In this document: piece after piece, positions 13,371 through 27,200 of the stretch
Numbering within the stretch: position 1 is the stretch's first letter
Layout: each line of letters opens with the position of its first letter
Assembly: GCA_965153455.1 (NCBI GenBank)
Contig: OZ234493.1
Span: forward strand, 30,184,213 to 30,248,212
Length of the DNA stretch: 64,000 nt
DNA from: Sphagnum compactum
Taxonomy: Eukaryota
Reading direction: 5' to 3'
Made by a program: the position numbers and the translations under genes
Notes under the pieces: generated by a model
Databases searched by the model: none
What the model saw: only the letters and a program-made list of their open reading frames with translations
What the model was told of the DNA's origin: nothing

Positions 13371-16300
13371 TAAATGACTCCAGTCGTTCAGTGTGACATT
13401 TGACAATAACCAACTTAAAACCAAACTAGTATTGGCCTAGTATGTTGGATTGCACTTGGAATCAATTATCAACACTAGTACCAAGGACCCAACCAATTTG
13501 TGTGATTGAAGTATAAGCTTTATATCAGCTTGATAAAGATTTCACATTATACCAACCTTGTATTAGATTTATACTAGTCTCAATACCAAGATTTGATTGA
13601 TATGACAATATAAAGAAAACACCCAATACCAATATGAATGTGGTATTGAAAATAAAAATAACTAATATGATGGTTGCACAATTGACTTAGGCTTGTACTA
13701 GAAAGCCTGATTGCCTCCAATTTGTTGGTCGTTCAAGTGCCTTGAAGAAATGCTCTCACATGTGTATGAGAAATGGAAGTAGTGTCTAAATGGCTACTAT
13801 ATTGTCCCATGATGATTGAACGTTTAGAAAAAGTGTGAAAGTCTTTTACCATGACCTCTTTACACCTGAACACTTTGTTCTTAATTTTTGAGGTTTATGA
13901 AGTTGAGTTGCTAATTGGCATTATTCAGACATTATTAAGAATTGCATTATGATCAATAATCTAAATTGGGTACCTAGTATTGTGGTTGCACTTGGACAAC
14001 TAGTTGTGTTCCTTCATTTCTTGCACCATCACATTGTTTTGAGAGTTGTAATTTGTATTAATTAGTTTAATTCTTGTCCATTTTTCTTTTTTTCAGTCAT
14101 CATTTAGTAAGGAGGTTTGACAATATCCACTATGTATTTGGGTCCTTTCCCTCTTTACCACCTATAGATGTGGTGTCTAAAAGCCCATAAAGTTGCCATA
14201 AAATTGCACACATGGGAAATTCAGAGTGCACACAAATTACAAGAGTCCTTTTTTGAGTGCATTTTTTTTTGTTCATGGTCCAATTTCCAGCTTCCTAATT
14301 AGATCTCTTTTCCAGTTGTATCAATCTATCCACCACAGTCTTCGGATGTAGGATCAATGAGATCCCAATGACTAATCGTGTGTGGACTGTTGCGATTGTT
14401 TTGGCAAATGAGGAGGGCAAGCTCTGAAGGGCGTGAAGTATCAAAGTTCTTGTCAATACTTAGAGTGAAAGATGGTCACCTTGATTTTAAAAGAACGCCT
14501 TCCTATTGGGCTCCTCCATTTATATGTACAGGTGCAAATAGGATAACGGGAGCCACGCCTATCGCTTAGGGTGATTGCTTTTTTTTAAAAAAGGGTTTGC
14601 TTGCCAAGATGATGTGATAGATTAGGATTGGTTACCAAAGAAAATGGATTAGAAATCCTTGATTATTATAGTGACCAAAATAACTCTTGACAAAGAAAAG
14701 TGTCACTCGCACTATACTATTATGTAAAGGTGTGAAAATTTATTGTTCAAGGTTATGTCAGTTTTAATGCATTTCAATTCATTCAAACATTGAAGAAACA
14801 GAAAAATCTTTAGTTACAATGTTTTAGAAATGTTTTAGAATATTTTATAACCATTGTATTCGTTCCAAATTGTTATGTGTATTCCCATAATCTATTAGAA
14901 ATCTTGTTGTCTAAACACATTAGAAACTTGCAACATAGTACTTGGGGTATTAGAATCTCTTTTGGATAATATGATTGACAAACTGGACCTTTGTCCAATC
15001 ACTCCTCAAGTCCATTCTCTAAGTTTTTGGTAGAGTTTCTTGAAAACCAGTTTGATTCAGCAGCAACATGTTCTAGATAATTTGTAAACAAGCTTGACAT
15101 TGACAGTGGAAGCATTGATGGGAACAGGGGAGCTAGAAGAGATGGAGGCAATTGAAAAGGGCACAACGTTAGGGGAGTGTGTTAGATCAGGAGACCCTAG
15201 GAATAGATCTATCATCTGATATCATGATTCCAAGAGTTGCAGTTGCATCATCTTGGGCAGCAAGTTTATGGTCTTCAGCACACAGTTACAACCCACATAT
15301 AACTGTTAAAAGACTGGGAATGCTGGGCTAATGGTCCTTTTACAGTCAAATCAGCACAAAGTTCACCACTAGTACCAAGATTTCCAAGAGCTTGCAAGAT
15401 CAACACACTTTCCAGCACAAGGTTAGTGACATTACAGGAGGATGAATTGTTTTGGGTGTGCATGCCCTGTGGGTGTTCAATGAGTGTATCAGTTATCTGG
15501 GGTATAACCAGTCTGGGTTTTAGCTAGATCAGTGGTTTATGTTATTTGGAGCCAGATTATTGATATCTTATATCTTATGTATGCCATTGGGGACATTTGC
15601 TTTATAGTGACTAGTTACTCTAGATCCAGATCTTTAGTATATAATAACAATTTCTGTCTCATGTAGTCCTTTTCATGTCTATGCTAACCAATTGCTTGAC
15701 CTGATGGAACAAAGTTACCGATACATCTGATAATGGGTTTGATATATATTTTTGGAATCCAATGTCCCCTCAAATGTACCAGATATTGAAGATGCAGCTA
15801 GACTTTGCATTACCATTAATGAGGAGCAGCTGCAATCCTGGGTTCATGTTTTCTACACTATTGAAACCAGAAGGATTGATTGTTAAACTATACGATCTGT
15901 GCATATCCAAGTTTATAGATGCAAATGGACACATCACTTGACTCCATTGCAAAAGAGATGTGGCATGTGCCCCACTTGTCTATGGTGTGATCTGGGCCTA
16001 TGCTGCAGATGTGCACCATTATTGCTACTACTCTCATGATGGTCAAGTGCACAGTATTAGATTGATAATCCTTGCTGCCAACCAATTGTGTGTTATCTAT
16101 GTCTAAACTGCTAGTAATATTGCCAGATATTGACGTAACAGTTTGCAGGTTACTATTCATACTCCAGCATTAGACAAGCCATTAGCAGGGTGCAATATGT
16201 CACTTTTGCTTCAGAGATGATTCATTTTCCCATTGCTTGTTCTGCCTCTACTCCACCACATATTGTATATTCTTTGCCCATCCTCAGATTTTGGTTGCTT

Positions 16301-17148
16301 GGCCATGTCTTAACATTATTCACAAATATTCATCCAAGTTTTGGGCCTTGTTCAAAGTTAATACATAATAGATGCCTGATTAACAGAGGCCCTAAAATAG
16401 GACACCTCAAGTTTTACCATTGTAGATTAGTTGTGCTGCATACCCACAGTTTGAGGAAACCTTTCAAAAGCATATGTGGTATAGTATCTCATGATTGTGG
16501 GCAACTTGATCACAACACACTAAAATCACAGATTCTCACACAAATGTCAGAGATCACATTAGCACCAGCTCCATGTCAGCTTCAAGGTTGACAATCACTC
16601 TGCATACAAGTAACATATTGCAGCCTGCTAACAACCCCCTGAATTCAGTGGTAGTTGGCAGATCAGAATTCTCAGAGTACAAACTCACCTGTCTTGGTGA
16701 GATTCAAAACAAGCTCAATCACAAAATACATCTAAAGTTAGAGTTTGGTGAAACCAAACTTTGAAAGGATGATGGAGTGTCCTGTGGCTTTAGGTTCAAC
16801 TCCATACACAATCAAATGCAGAACCCTGATCAATCTGTCCAACCAAGATGTTTCATCTTCAGACATTAAACCCTAGCATGTTGGTCCAGAGAAGCTTATT
16901 GAATCTACACAAACAAAGTTCACACCATCAGTTCCTGTGATCACCCATAATCACAGAACCCATTTCTGTCCAGCTCAATGGTTTAGCTGCTGGGAAAGAG
17001 GACTTGCTTTTCCCTTCAAAAGATTCATGGCAGAAATTGCTCTTCAACCTAGCTGCACTCCACTATGATCTTTTTAGTTCAAATATGAGCTAAGATGTCC
17101 ATAGTTTATGATCAATGGAGAAGATAAAAGAACCAGAAGAGAAGAATG

Positions 17149-18943
17149 TCAAGAGCCATTTGAGGCCGACCACCGCATGAATGTGCATGCAACAACTGCC
17201 ATAGCAAATCTTGCCCTGGCCAGTGGTGACCGTGTTGAAGGTGCAGGTGCATTCTCCTGAGTTATGTTGTTATCTTGCACTGGTCTCTCCTGTACAGCAC
17301 ACTGGAGCTCAATGTCAGGCATTTGCAACAGTACTTTTCCAAGTGGCATCAATGACCTTTGCATAGAAAATTGAACACCATATGCACCATTCCAGATGTA
17401 AAGTTGCAGGTCAATAAACATACTGGGCAATAAACAAGCTCTGTCAATCAAAAGGTCCCAATCATCTTGGTTTGAACAAAGCCACTACACATGCAAAAAA
17501 CCTTTTCAAACATCAATTGACTAACATGTGGCCCTTGTTCCTAAGTTTGGAGTTTGGACTCTGAATCAAGCACATCACCTGCGCCTCTGGTGCAACTGTT
17601 ATTGCAGAAGTGTCAAGTGTGACAACTAGAGATACGCGGTTTGATAGCAGCGATGCAATGCTGGCTGGGGTGACTGCTCTACATTTCTTGACTTTGATCT
17701 TCACAAGACTAGGGCATCCACCCACAAGTGCCTCCATACCCCTGTCAGAGATTGGACAACCCTTGATGCACAGTTTCTTCAGAGCCAGGCACTTGTCTGC
17801 AATGCAGGAAAGCTCTGAATCCCCAAATGTATCGCTTGTGCAGATCGCCAATCGCTCGAGGCTTAAGCAATTTGAGGCCAAAAGGCTGAGGCTTGACATT
17901 GTAGCATTAAGACCAATTATAACAAGTTCCTGTAGGTCTTTGCATTTTCTGGCCACAGTGGCAAGACCTTCATCACCCACTCGGCTGTTCTTCCAGCCAT
18001 CAACATGCAGCTTGCGCAGATCAGGGCAACCATTTGCAATTGATGAGAGCCCCTTGTTTGTGCACTCGGCAGGCTTCACAACATACAAGACTTGTAGGTT
18101 TGTGCAGCGTGCAACTGCTTGTAAACCCTGATCAGTTAAGGTCACTTTCTCCATATGCAGCTCAATGAGACTAGTCATGTGCACAGTGATGGCTTCAAAC
18201 AGTCTATCCCAGTTACCAGAAACCCTTGAAAGCATAAGAGTGTGCAAATTCTTGGAGCCTGCAATGAGAGGTCCAAGTAACTGTGCATTGGGAAGCTCCT
18301 TCAAACAGAGTCTTCGAATACTGCAAGTCCCCGGGCGGACAAATTCAGATGATTCCATGAAGCCTCTCAGTCGCTTCACTGTGAGATCCTCAAGACTGGC
18401 ACAGTGCTGCAGGATGGAGTTCAAACCTGGAGGACCAAATTGACAAGAAGCACATGAGAATTTTTGCAAAGGGCCACAAACTTGTGCAAATCGATCGATC
18501 CCACTGTCCGTCAATCCCTTGCAAGCCTTCAGTTTCAGCTTCTGCAGCTGCTGGCATCGCTGCCCGATCACACAAAGCGCATCGTCGTCAATACTGCCAC
18601 GCTTCCGGTCGCACTTTAGAGTCAGCTTGGTCACATGCTGAAACCGCTCTAGCAATGCCGGCAGAGCCGGCCCAATCTCAAGCCAAGCTTGCAGGGAGAG
18701 CCGCTGCCGCGCCTGGCCTTCCACCCTACGCCATCTCTTGGACACCAGCGAGCATCGCCTCCTGTCAGCCGGCTCTAGCTTCTGAAAAACAGCAGCGAGA
18801 CACTCATCCGGCGCGAAAGCAGTCAAATCCAATCCCGAAAACCTCCCTCCTACTCCTCCTCCTTCCCCTTCGTCTTCCTCCTGTTCTTCGTGCTCATGGT
18901 CTGCTCCAAGTGCACAAGCTGCTGCAGAGCTTGCTTGCCCCAT
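17149..18943 (-). CDS. SKIP2: F-box/LRR-repeat protein, SKIP2/VFB family; exons 18943-17579 and 17289-17149
   Basis: Starts MGQASS (ATG at 18943). F-box PDECLAAVFQKL...CSLVSKRW, then KLTLKCDRK, cysteine-containing LRRs (LRKLHVDGWKNSRVGDEGL, LKKLCIKGCPISDRGM) and a VFB-like C-terminus (...VVACTFMRWS). A phase-0 GT..AG intron at 17578-17290 joins ...PEAQ|ERPV... in frame. Confidence 0.9.
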
Positions 18944-19612
18944 GGTTGTCACCTCTCTCTAGCTTCCCTTCTTACTCCTTCTCTCCTGCCTGTCTGTCTG
19001 TCTGTCTGCCTGCCTGCCTTCCTTCTTTTGTCACTCCTTCTCCACCTACATAGCCACAAACCCTAATCGCAGAGGACCTTTCCAACCCCACCCAAAAAAA
19101 CAGAAAGAAAAGAAACCCAACATACACACTTACTCTAGGGTTACAACGCCCACCCACCCAACAACACTGATATCAATCATCATGAAATCAATAGGAGTAT
19201 GATGCCTGCTGATGAGAAACAGAGGGACCACCGCCAAGCAGCAAGGAGTCAGCTCTTTTGAAAAAAATGAGAGAAAGGGTTTTCTTTGTTGAAAGCTAAA
19301 AAGCTATGTCCTCCTCCCTCCTAATCAATATGCCATTCATTGCCATATCCCAAAAATTAGAGCAAATCGAGAAGAGAAAACGAGAACCCCCGATCTGCAC
19401 CACAAGACAAACAGCCAGACAGACAGACTCCAGAAGCGAGTGTGTAAAAAACAACATTAACAACAACAACTACTACAGCAACTGTGTCATCATCTTCATC
19501 ACACACACACTTCAAGCCAAGGTTTGGTGATGTAGCCGTCTGTACAAGGAAGCAACCAAAGAGGAAAGAGCAATTGATGGCGCAGAGCGTTATGGGTTAT
19601 CTGAATTATGCC

Positions 19613-19665
19613 GATGATGATGATGATGATGATGATCGGTTGAAGAAGAAGAAGAAGAAGAAGAA
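19613..19665. repeat. Compound (GAT)n(GAA)n microsatellite upstream of the F-box gene
   Basis: Read directly. A (CTGA)n run also lies at ~19761-19786. Confidence 0.9.
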
Positions 19666-19927
19666 TCAAAATCTATAAGCAAAATACTTAGAGTATATTT
19701 CAAGGCGAAAAACACTTGGACCCACCCTGCTGGGCTCTTCCTGCGGTCCTCCCTCCCTGCCTGACTGACTGACTGACTGACTGACTGCAGTGTGCAGACT
19801 GCAGTCGGCCGCGGCGGCCATTGTGGGATTCGAGGCGTACACCCAAGTCGCATGCTCCTTCTTAATGATACTCGGAGCAACAGCACATGCGCCATAATGG
19901 CGAGGGATGGGGCCCATGCTCTGTTGG

Positions 19928-20740
19928 TCCAAATTCGCCAAATTTCGAAAAGAAAAGAAAATTAAAATCGCCAGATTTTCTACAATAAGTTCCAGTGGTA
20001 GCCAAGAATATAGAAGGATCCTGGTTTTTTTCTACTTTCATATCTGGCATGTAGCCAGAATTGGCTAAATTAGTTTCTGGCTGGTTGCCACCTTGGCTAC
20101 ATCACAAAATCCTTTAAAAAAACCCCTGGGTGGGAAGGAAGTTCAGGGTTTCTTTAAAGGGGGGTTTCCTTTTCCAATTTTGTGATGTAGCCGAGGTGGC
20201 TATCATCTTGAAAGTGATTTAGCCAAATTTGACCACATGTACTAATATGGAAGTAGGAAAAAATTAAAAAATTTCTAAAAATTTTGGCTACCTACTGGAA
20301 CTAATGATAAAAAATTGGCGATTGGTAGAATTTTATTTTATTTTCGAAATCTGAAGAATTTGGGCCATTTTTTCCATGGAAAATCCTTCCTATAGGTCAA
20401 AATCGCATTTTTCAGGTAGGAATTTGGTGAAAATTCGGCAGTAAAAGAAACACTGCTTTTAAGGATTTTGTGATGTAGCCCAAAGTGGTGATCATCCAGG
20501 GAATAAATTTTTAGTCAATTTTGGCTACATACTAGACATGAAAGTAGCAAAAAAAAAGAAAAAGAAAAATCCTTGTCTATTCTTGACTATACATTGCTGT
20601 AAATTATCATTAAAAATCTGTCGATTTGAAAAAAAAAAAAATCTTCAAAATTTGGCAAATTTGGGTCATTTTTTCCATCACAAAGCCTTTTGTATGAGTC
20701 CGAAATCATATTTTCCAGGTCGAAATTTGGCGAAAATTCG
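19928..20740. repeat. Cluster of an abundant ~200-280 bp repeat family (attttgtgatgtagcc...gccaaatttggcta) in both orientations
   Basis: Copies at ~19928-20110 (reverse), 20175-20440 and 20465-20740. Related copies are at ~21570, 21805, 49185 and 52385. Confidence 0.7.
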
Positions 20741-20992
20741 ACCTACTAGTTAGCACAAGGTACCACCCTCAATTCTCATTGACCCCCCTAATCCGTAACC
20801 CTTTTGCTTCGTGGATGAGAATGTCATAGTCGCACTCTTTTTGGATGAAAAGAGGACATCTCCACGACCTACTAGTTTGCACAAGGTATCACCCTCAATT
20901 CTCATTGACCCCCCTAATCCGTAAACCCTTTTGCTTCGTGGATGAGAATGTCATAGTCGCACTCTTTTTGGATGAAAAGATGACTCCATCTC
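20739..20992 (+). repeat. Near-perfect tandem duplication, ~126 bp x2
   Basis: cgacctactagt..gcacaaggta..accctcaattctcattgaccccc..ttttgcttcgtggatgagaatgtcatagtcgcactctttttggatgaaaaga occurs at 20739 and 20865. Confidence 0.9.
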
Positions 20993-21211
20993 CAATTCTC
21001 ATTGCCATCCATTCATTATATGCAATAACCAACACCCTCTTGCCACTTACCTCACCTCGTCTCAAGAGACTTGAGATGGATGGATATGGATGTGAGCAAA
21101 GGGGGTGGGTGGCAACATGTCCGGACTCCACGCATAAGTAAAAGCCTTTGGGGGTTTAGGGTTTTAAAAATATCTATTATGCCTTTGGGTATAATATATA
21201 TATATAATATA

Positions 21212-21216
<5 letters not shown>

Positions 21217-21283
<67 letters not shown>
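21217..21283. repeat. (TA)n microsatellite
   Basis: Read directly. Confidence 0.95.
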
Positions 21284-21285
<2 letters not shown>

Positions 21286-24200
21286 AAAGGTTTTTAAAAT
21301 ATAAATATGCCTTTGGGGTGGGTTATATATATATATATTAAAAAGGCATTCTTAGGAAGGGCTATTAGTCCAGGCCAAAAATAGTGGCAGCCAATATTAG
21401 GAGGCTTTGTTTTGTTTTTTGTACTCACCTTTTGTTTGTATTCTCAGTCATAAAATTTATTTAATAATAATATAAAATAATAATAATAAATTTACTTATT
21501 TTAATTTTTCAAAAAAAATATTTAATATTATTTTAAAACTTGTATTTTTTATAAAAAAATATTTTAATTTTCCAATTTTGTGATGCAGCTAAATTGTGGA
21601 GATCATCATCCATCCGTATGAAAATTATTTAGTGAAATTTTATTATTAGAATATTTTTAAATGAAAACTTATTATTATAAAAAAAAGAATTCTTCTATAC
21701 TTTTGGTAATCTGGAGATTCTTTTAGAAATTTAAGGAATTTCTAGATTTGGCGACTGAAAACCCTGGAAAACAATTCTTTTCACCATTTCAAGAAAAGAA
21801 ATGCAATTTTGTGATGTACCATAAGAGTGGAGATCATCCATAAGGCTATTTAGCCAAATTTGGCTATTAAACCATATAAAAAAAAGAAAAAACTAAAGCA
21901 TCTTTCTATACTTGTGGATAACTTACTGGAACATTATATATACATTAGAATTCCACATTCAAATTGGCAAAACTTCATTGGGAAAATGGAATGGTTATAG
22001 TGAAGTTCATGAGAAAGTTAAAAGCTTGTAGAGAGGCAGCATATTTTAATTATTTATTTATTTAAATAATCATCAAGTTGAAATTGGAGCAAATTAGGAA
22101 AAGAAAATACATGCATTTCAATATGTCAACAAGTCAGAAAATAGCATCTCCCCAATCCCAATGGGCTTTCCAACATGATTGGATGCAAAAGAGAAGCTCA
22201 AAATCATGTTCAAAAGGGGATAATACAATAAAGGGTTGTGGTATAAGGACCAATTGGACGAAAACGGGGAGGAAGCAAATTTATGCCCAAGCCACCCACC
22301 CAATTTGGAGTTGTCATAAAAGGTTCTTGTGAAGCAATTATCCTTGCATTTGGTGAATCCTTTGTGTCTCAACCCTAACATGGTTGTTGGTGTAGCTTTT
22401 TGCCTCCACCTGAATTGGGGAAATTTTGCATGTTGACATGTGAAGGGCACGTTTCAACTTGGTGTTAAGATGTGTTTTGTTTCAATGATTGTTTTGCTCA
22501 CTCTCCAAAGAGACATCTCAAACTTATCAAACTTACACAACTTAATCCAACAAGTTAAGAGTAATTACATATTATGTTGTCAAAACATGTTGGATAAGCA
22601 TGTTGAGTCAAGCTAAACTTGTTATCGCAAAGTGCGACATCTTTTTGAATGATGACGATGGGTAAAGACAATAAGGAGGTTGTACACGCCAACAACAATT
22701 TTGACGTGTTGTGAGATGTCTATTTGTCTATAGTCCTTGTTGGTTTGCTCCCATTGTTGGAGGTAAAGTAGTTATAAAAAGTAGGTGTACGAGTGCAAAA
22801 GTCGAGGTCTTTCATTAATATGCACAAATACTTAATCCATTGAAGCAAAAAAAAAAAAACTTTTTTTGGTACAACTTTTTAAAAGTATTATAAGGAACAA
22901 ATTTCAAAATTAAAAAAAATAGATTATGATTTAATGAATTTTTTTTTAAGGTAATTCATTTGGCCTCAATGGTTGCAAACTATTTAAATAGTAGGTCCAC
23001 AAAGCACTTGGACTTCTTTTTGAAAGGGAATAGGAATTAATATTGGTGCCCTCAATATTAATGTTTTCATGTTTAAAGAGAGTGTCATTTTTGTGAATTT
23101 TGTTTTAAAACTGTAAAAATATGATATCATTTTGAATTTTTTTTTGAATACTCTTACATGTTAAAATTCATTGAGGATAATCATTTTGGGACCTTGGACA
23201 TAAGGCATTGTTAACCTCAAATAAATTATGTTGATAATTTTTTTTTCCAAAAACGGAAGTCCTAGTGTACTAAAGCATATTATATTTATTTTGTGTCTCC
23301 TTTTTCCAAAACATTCACGATAAGTTGGTTACCTACTTTATCACATGTTGCCACACATTCATCAATTTTTTAAAAAGAAGGATATCTTTATCTATGGCAA
23401 TCATTAAAGCTATATTAATTTCACTTTATAACGATTCAAAAACGTGTTACATCTCTTATGCTTTTAAAGACTTCAAAGATTTGGTTGTTTCAAAGCACAA
23501 CATAATTGACTTGTGTTGGATAGTTGAAGCTTTGAACTTGATCAACATTTCATGCATGGAATATCTAGCATTTCAATTTGTCAACAAGCTAATTGTGTTT
23601 TTCCTTTTTTTTGGAAAACCTAGTTAACTCATCCAAGATGTCTTCAACACTAACATAGGTGAAAAGATCAAGAGGTAGTCAACATGTAATTAAACATTCA
23701 ACAATGAACTTGTATATCAATTTGTTTGTTATGTAAATATTTGTTACTTGCATTTTTCATTTTCAAATCTAATGCTTGTTGATGGTTTTGTAAGTGTTAT
23801 AATTCCTTGACAGTGGATCCCACAACAAATGTTTTTGCCAACTACCTAATGGATACCATGAAAATTATTTTAAACCTTATTTACTATAGATTAATTACCT
23901 ACAAAAATATTGTTCTTTAAGTTCTTGTTCCTCTCATTAGCTTAAGTACCATGTACCCACCTAACTAAAGCAAACATTACCCTTCAATTTATAATGATAC
24001 ACCAATCACTGTATAGACATGCCAACCAACGCTTCAAACCTCCCTGCCTCTTTTTGTGAAGGAGGTTCATTACCTATTCCAAATGTGTTACAATTATTAA
24101 ATATTTTATTATAATTTTATTATTCATAATTAATCCATTTTTATTTCAAAATACTACAAGCTACCAAATTTACATTGGTACTATTGTATACATATGCGTG

Positions 24201-27200
24201 CATGCACACACAAATAGTACAATATCATTTTGATTTCAAAACACTTGTACAAACTTGGTGTTTACATTTCTTAATTAGAATGTCCCCAAAAACAAACACC
24301 CTAAAAATCCTTGACTTTTTTTAATTTATATTGTTTTGTGGTGATTACAATGTCTAACAAACAATAACAAATTCTAACCACTTGTAACCATTTTACCATT
24401 AGTAATTTAGTTATATAAACTTGTTGACAAGTTGACTTATTATTATAACTTAGTTTATTATGAGTCAATTTATTATTGGTTAAGTTTTCACAAAATCAAC
24501 ACTAATTAGCTTGTCTTTTAGTTTGTCTATATACTACTAATTATATATATATATACATATCTATATATATATATAATTCTCAATATTGGCTCCAAGTTAA
24601 TGCACAGAAAAATTTTGGTTGACAACATTTGTTAATCAACCCTACCAATATGCACATGAATGCAAGTCTGGAACTATTGATATTTTCCCCCAATCTTATG
24701 ATTGTTGGCACTTGCCCTTCAAGCCACCATGTTTGAGTGCACTATGAAATCATGTTGTTGGAACCCCAAGGATGCCAAGTGAATCTACTTATAAAACTAT
24801 GGTGCAAATTATGTAGTTTAATTGTTTTGAGGATCACCAACATTTTAAATTTACTTTAAGGTTTTTGATATGTGGCAAGTGGCAAAAAGCACAACATTAA
24901 AAGTTTGATGGTAATCCAAAGTTACATGTAACCTAATTGTTGTTGTTTCTAATGAACGATTTACATTGAAAGTACTCCATGACAAAAACTTGAATATATA
25001 ATACAAAGACTACAATAAAAAATTAGAATAAAATCAAAGCAAGTGAATATATAAACCTAATGAGATTTAACAACACACAATTTTCTACATATGATTTGAA
25101 ACTAAGAAATAATAATTTACATATATTCACATTGTAATAAATCCAATCCTAGAAAATAGTGAACAAATTTGGAAATGCACATTGATGATCTAATGTTACT
25201 TACCACACAATTGGGAACTTAATATGTTAATATCCTTATCTACTTCAATTCCATATAAGATTAGCCAACTTAAATTCAATAACAATCTATTGATTGATTT
25301 TTGTAATAAGATGTCATTGGTACATTGCAATTATAACTTCAATATTTCGATGATTTACTAGCCAAGGATGTTGAAATCCTTTCACATGTTTGTTTCACTC
25401 CCCCATTATGACTAAGACTATAGAATCATTGCAACATGACTAACTAATTTTGTTCATTTTTAATAAACCAAAAGTAACAATCTTAGATTTGATTAAGTTC
25501 AATTTCTTTTTAAAAAACATTGCTAATGACACATGGACCAATATGGCAAATCCATGAGGAAATCATATTGACAGCTTCATGACTGGATTTAATCACAAGA
25601 AAATGACAAGGATGGTGACATGTCACCATGTACATGACTATTGTGACTAAAACATGCTACAAGTTGTGTCAAATCTTATGTGCCATTGTGATTGTAATGT
25701 TTTACAATTTTTTGGTCTATATGGCATAATGTATATAATGCCCTTGAATTTTTAATTTAAAAATATAATTATGAATTTAAATAAACTACAAAAAATTATA
25801 GTGAACGTATAATAATTATGTATTTCACATGTAAATGAAATTAACTCATTATGAAGTTATATGTTTATTTCATTATGATTAAAGAGATTACATTGGAAAA
25901 TTTGAAATATTTAAAAAAAATCAATGCCATGTCTTTAAATTAAAAATTAAAAAAATACTAAATTAAATGTAATTATGAAAGTATACATATGTGAAATTGA
26001 TTACAAATTTTCTGGTGTCATATGAATTAAATTAAATTCTGAAAATTTTAAAATTTTAAAATAAGATGTAATTTAAATGATTAATTTTTTATTTTATAAC
26101 CCAATTGAGATTCAAAAAATAATATGTTTGAATTTTTTAAATGAATATTGAAATTATTATAATGTCTTTACATTATGTTATTAAATGTATTACAAAAACC
26201 AATGTAATTATGAAAATATATAGTTTAAAAAGTAATGAAATAAGGGTAGGTAGGTAGTAGATAAGTACATAAGCAAAATCTAAATATGTATGTAGGTAAG
26301 TAGGTAGGTCACAAATAGGTACATACATTGGTAGTAAATAAATAAGTAGGACCTACCTAGGTAAATGGATAGGTAAGTAGGTAAGTATTACCTCTTAACA
26401 ATGATTTACCACCTATCGCCTACCTATTCATTATGTACCTACCACATGTTATCTAGGTACCTACACATGAACTTAATTTTATTATGGAGTTAAATAGTTA
26501 TGTAATAACATTTTAATGCCCAAAATTCAAAACATACATTTGTTTATATTTATGTGGTCACATTATATGTCATCATGTGATATGATGGTCCAATGGTCAA
26601 GGACTTGTGTTATGGTTGTGGAGATGAAGGTTCAAATTGGTTCACTTTTGACATCCTATAATTGTGATTGAGATTAGTCATGTTGACATGCTAGATTTTT
26701 TAACGATAAATCATTGAGCAACCACCTATCAACAACCTTGCCTAAAAAGAAAAAGAAAACCTTGTTTGCTACTTTCTATTTCATAGTGACAAATAATTTT
26801 TGCAATTACAAAACTTCATATATATATATAGAAAATTGAAGAATATTTATATAATAATTAAAAAATTTAAATAATATATTGTCACATAAACACCACCTAA
26901 CAAAACATACATAACATGTTTCGGTCAAAACATACATGATAGATTTTAGTCATGATCAATCACATGATGACAATTGAAGTGCTAACAAATTGTTGATTTA
27001 AATGATTGGTTTTTCTTTTGTTAAACCAAAAATTGTCTAATATCCATTTTGACTAAAATTTTAGTCAAAAAAATAGTAAATAGGACTAGATCTATTGTAG
27101 TGACATAGCTTGTAGAAATATGTAGTTTTTATGTTTTGAACTTTTTTTGGTGGGGTTATTTGACCTTGTGAATTAGTTGTGTATTTAGTCCAAGATGCTT

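Noticed and set aside
17513-17578. ORF-track C-terminus of the F-box protein (VMCLIQ...LVN) and GTG start at 18952
   Set aside because: This is read-through into an intron. Splicing to 17289 gives the family-typical C-terminus, and ATG 18943 gives the MGQ start.
17610-19053. Plus-strand ORFs of 173, 92 and 199 aa
   Set aside because: They are antisense shadows of the F-box gene with no recognisable motifs.
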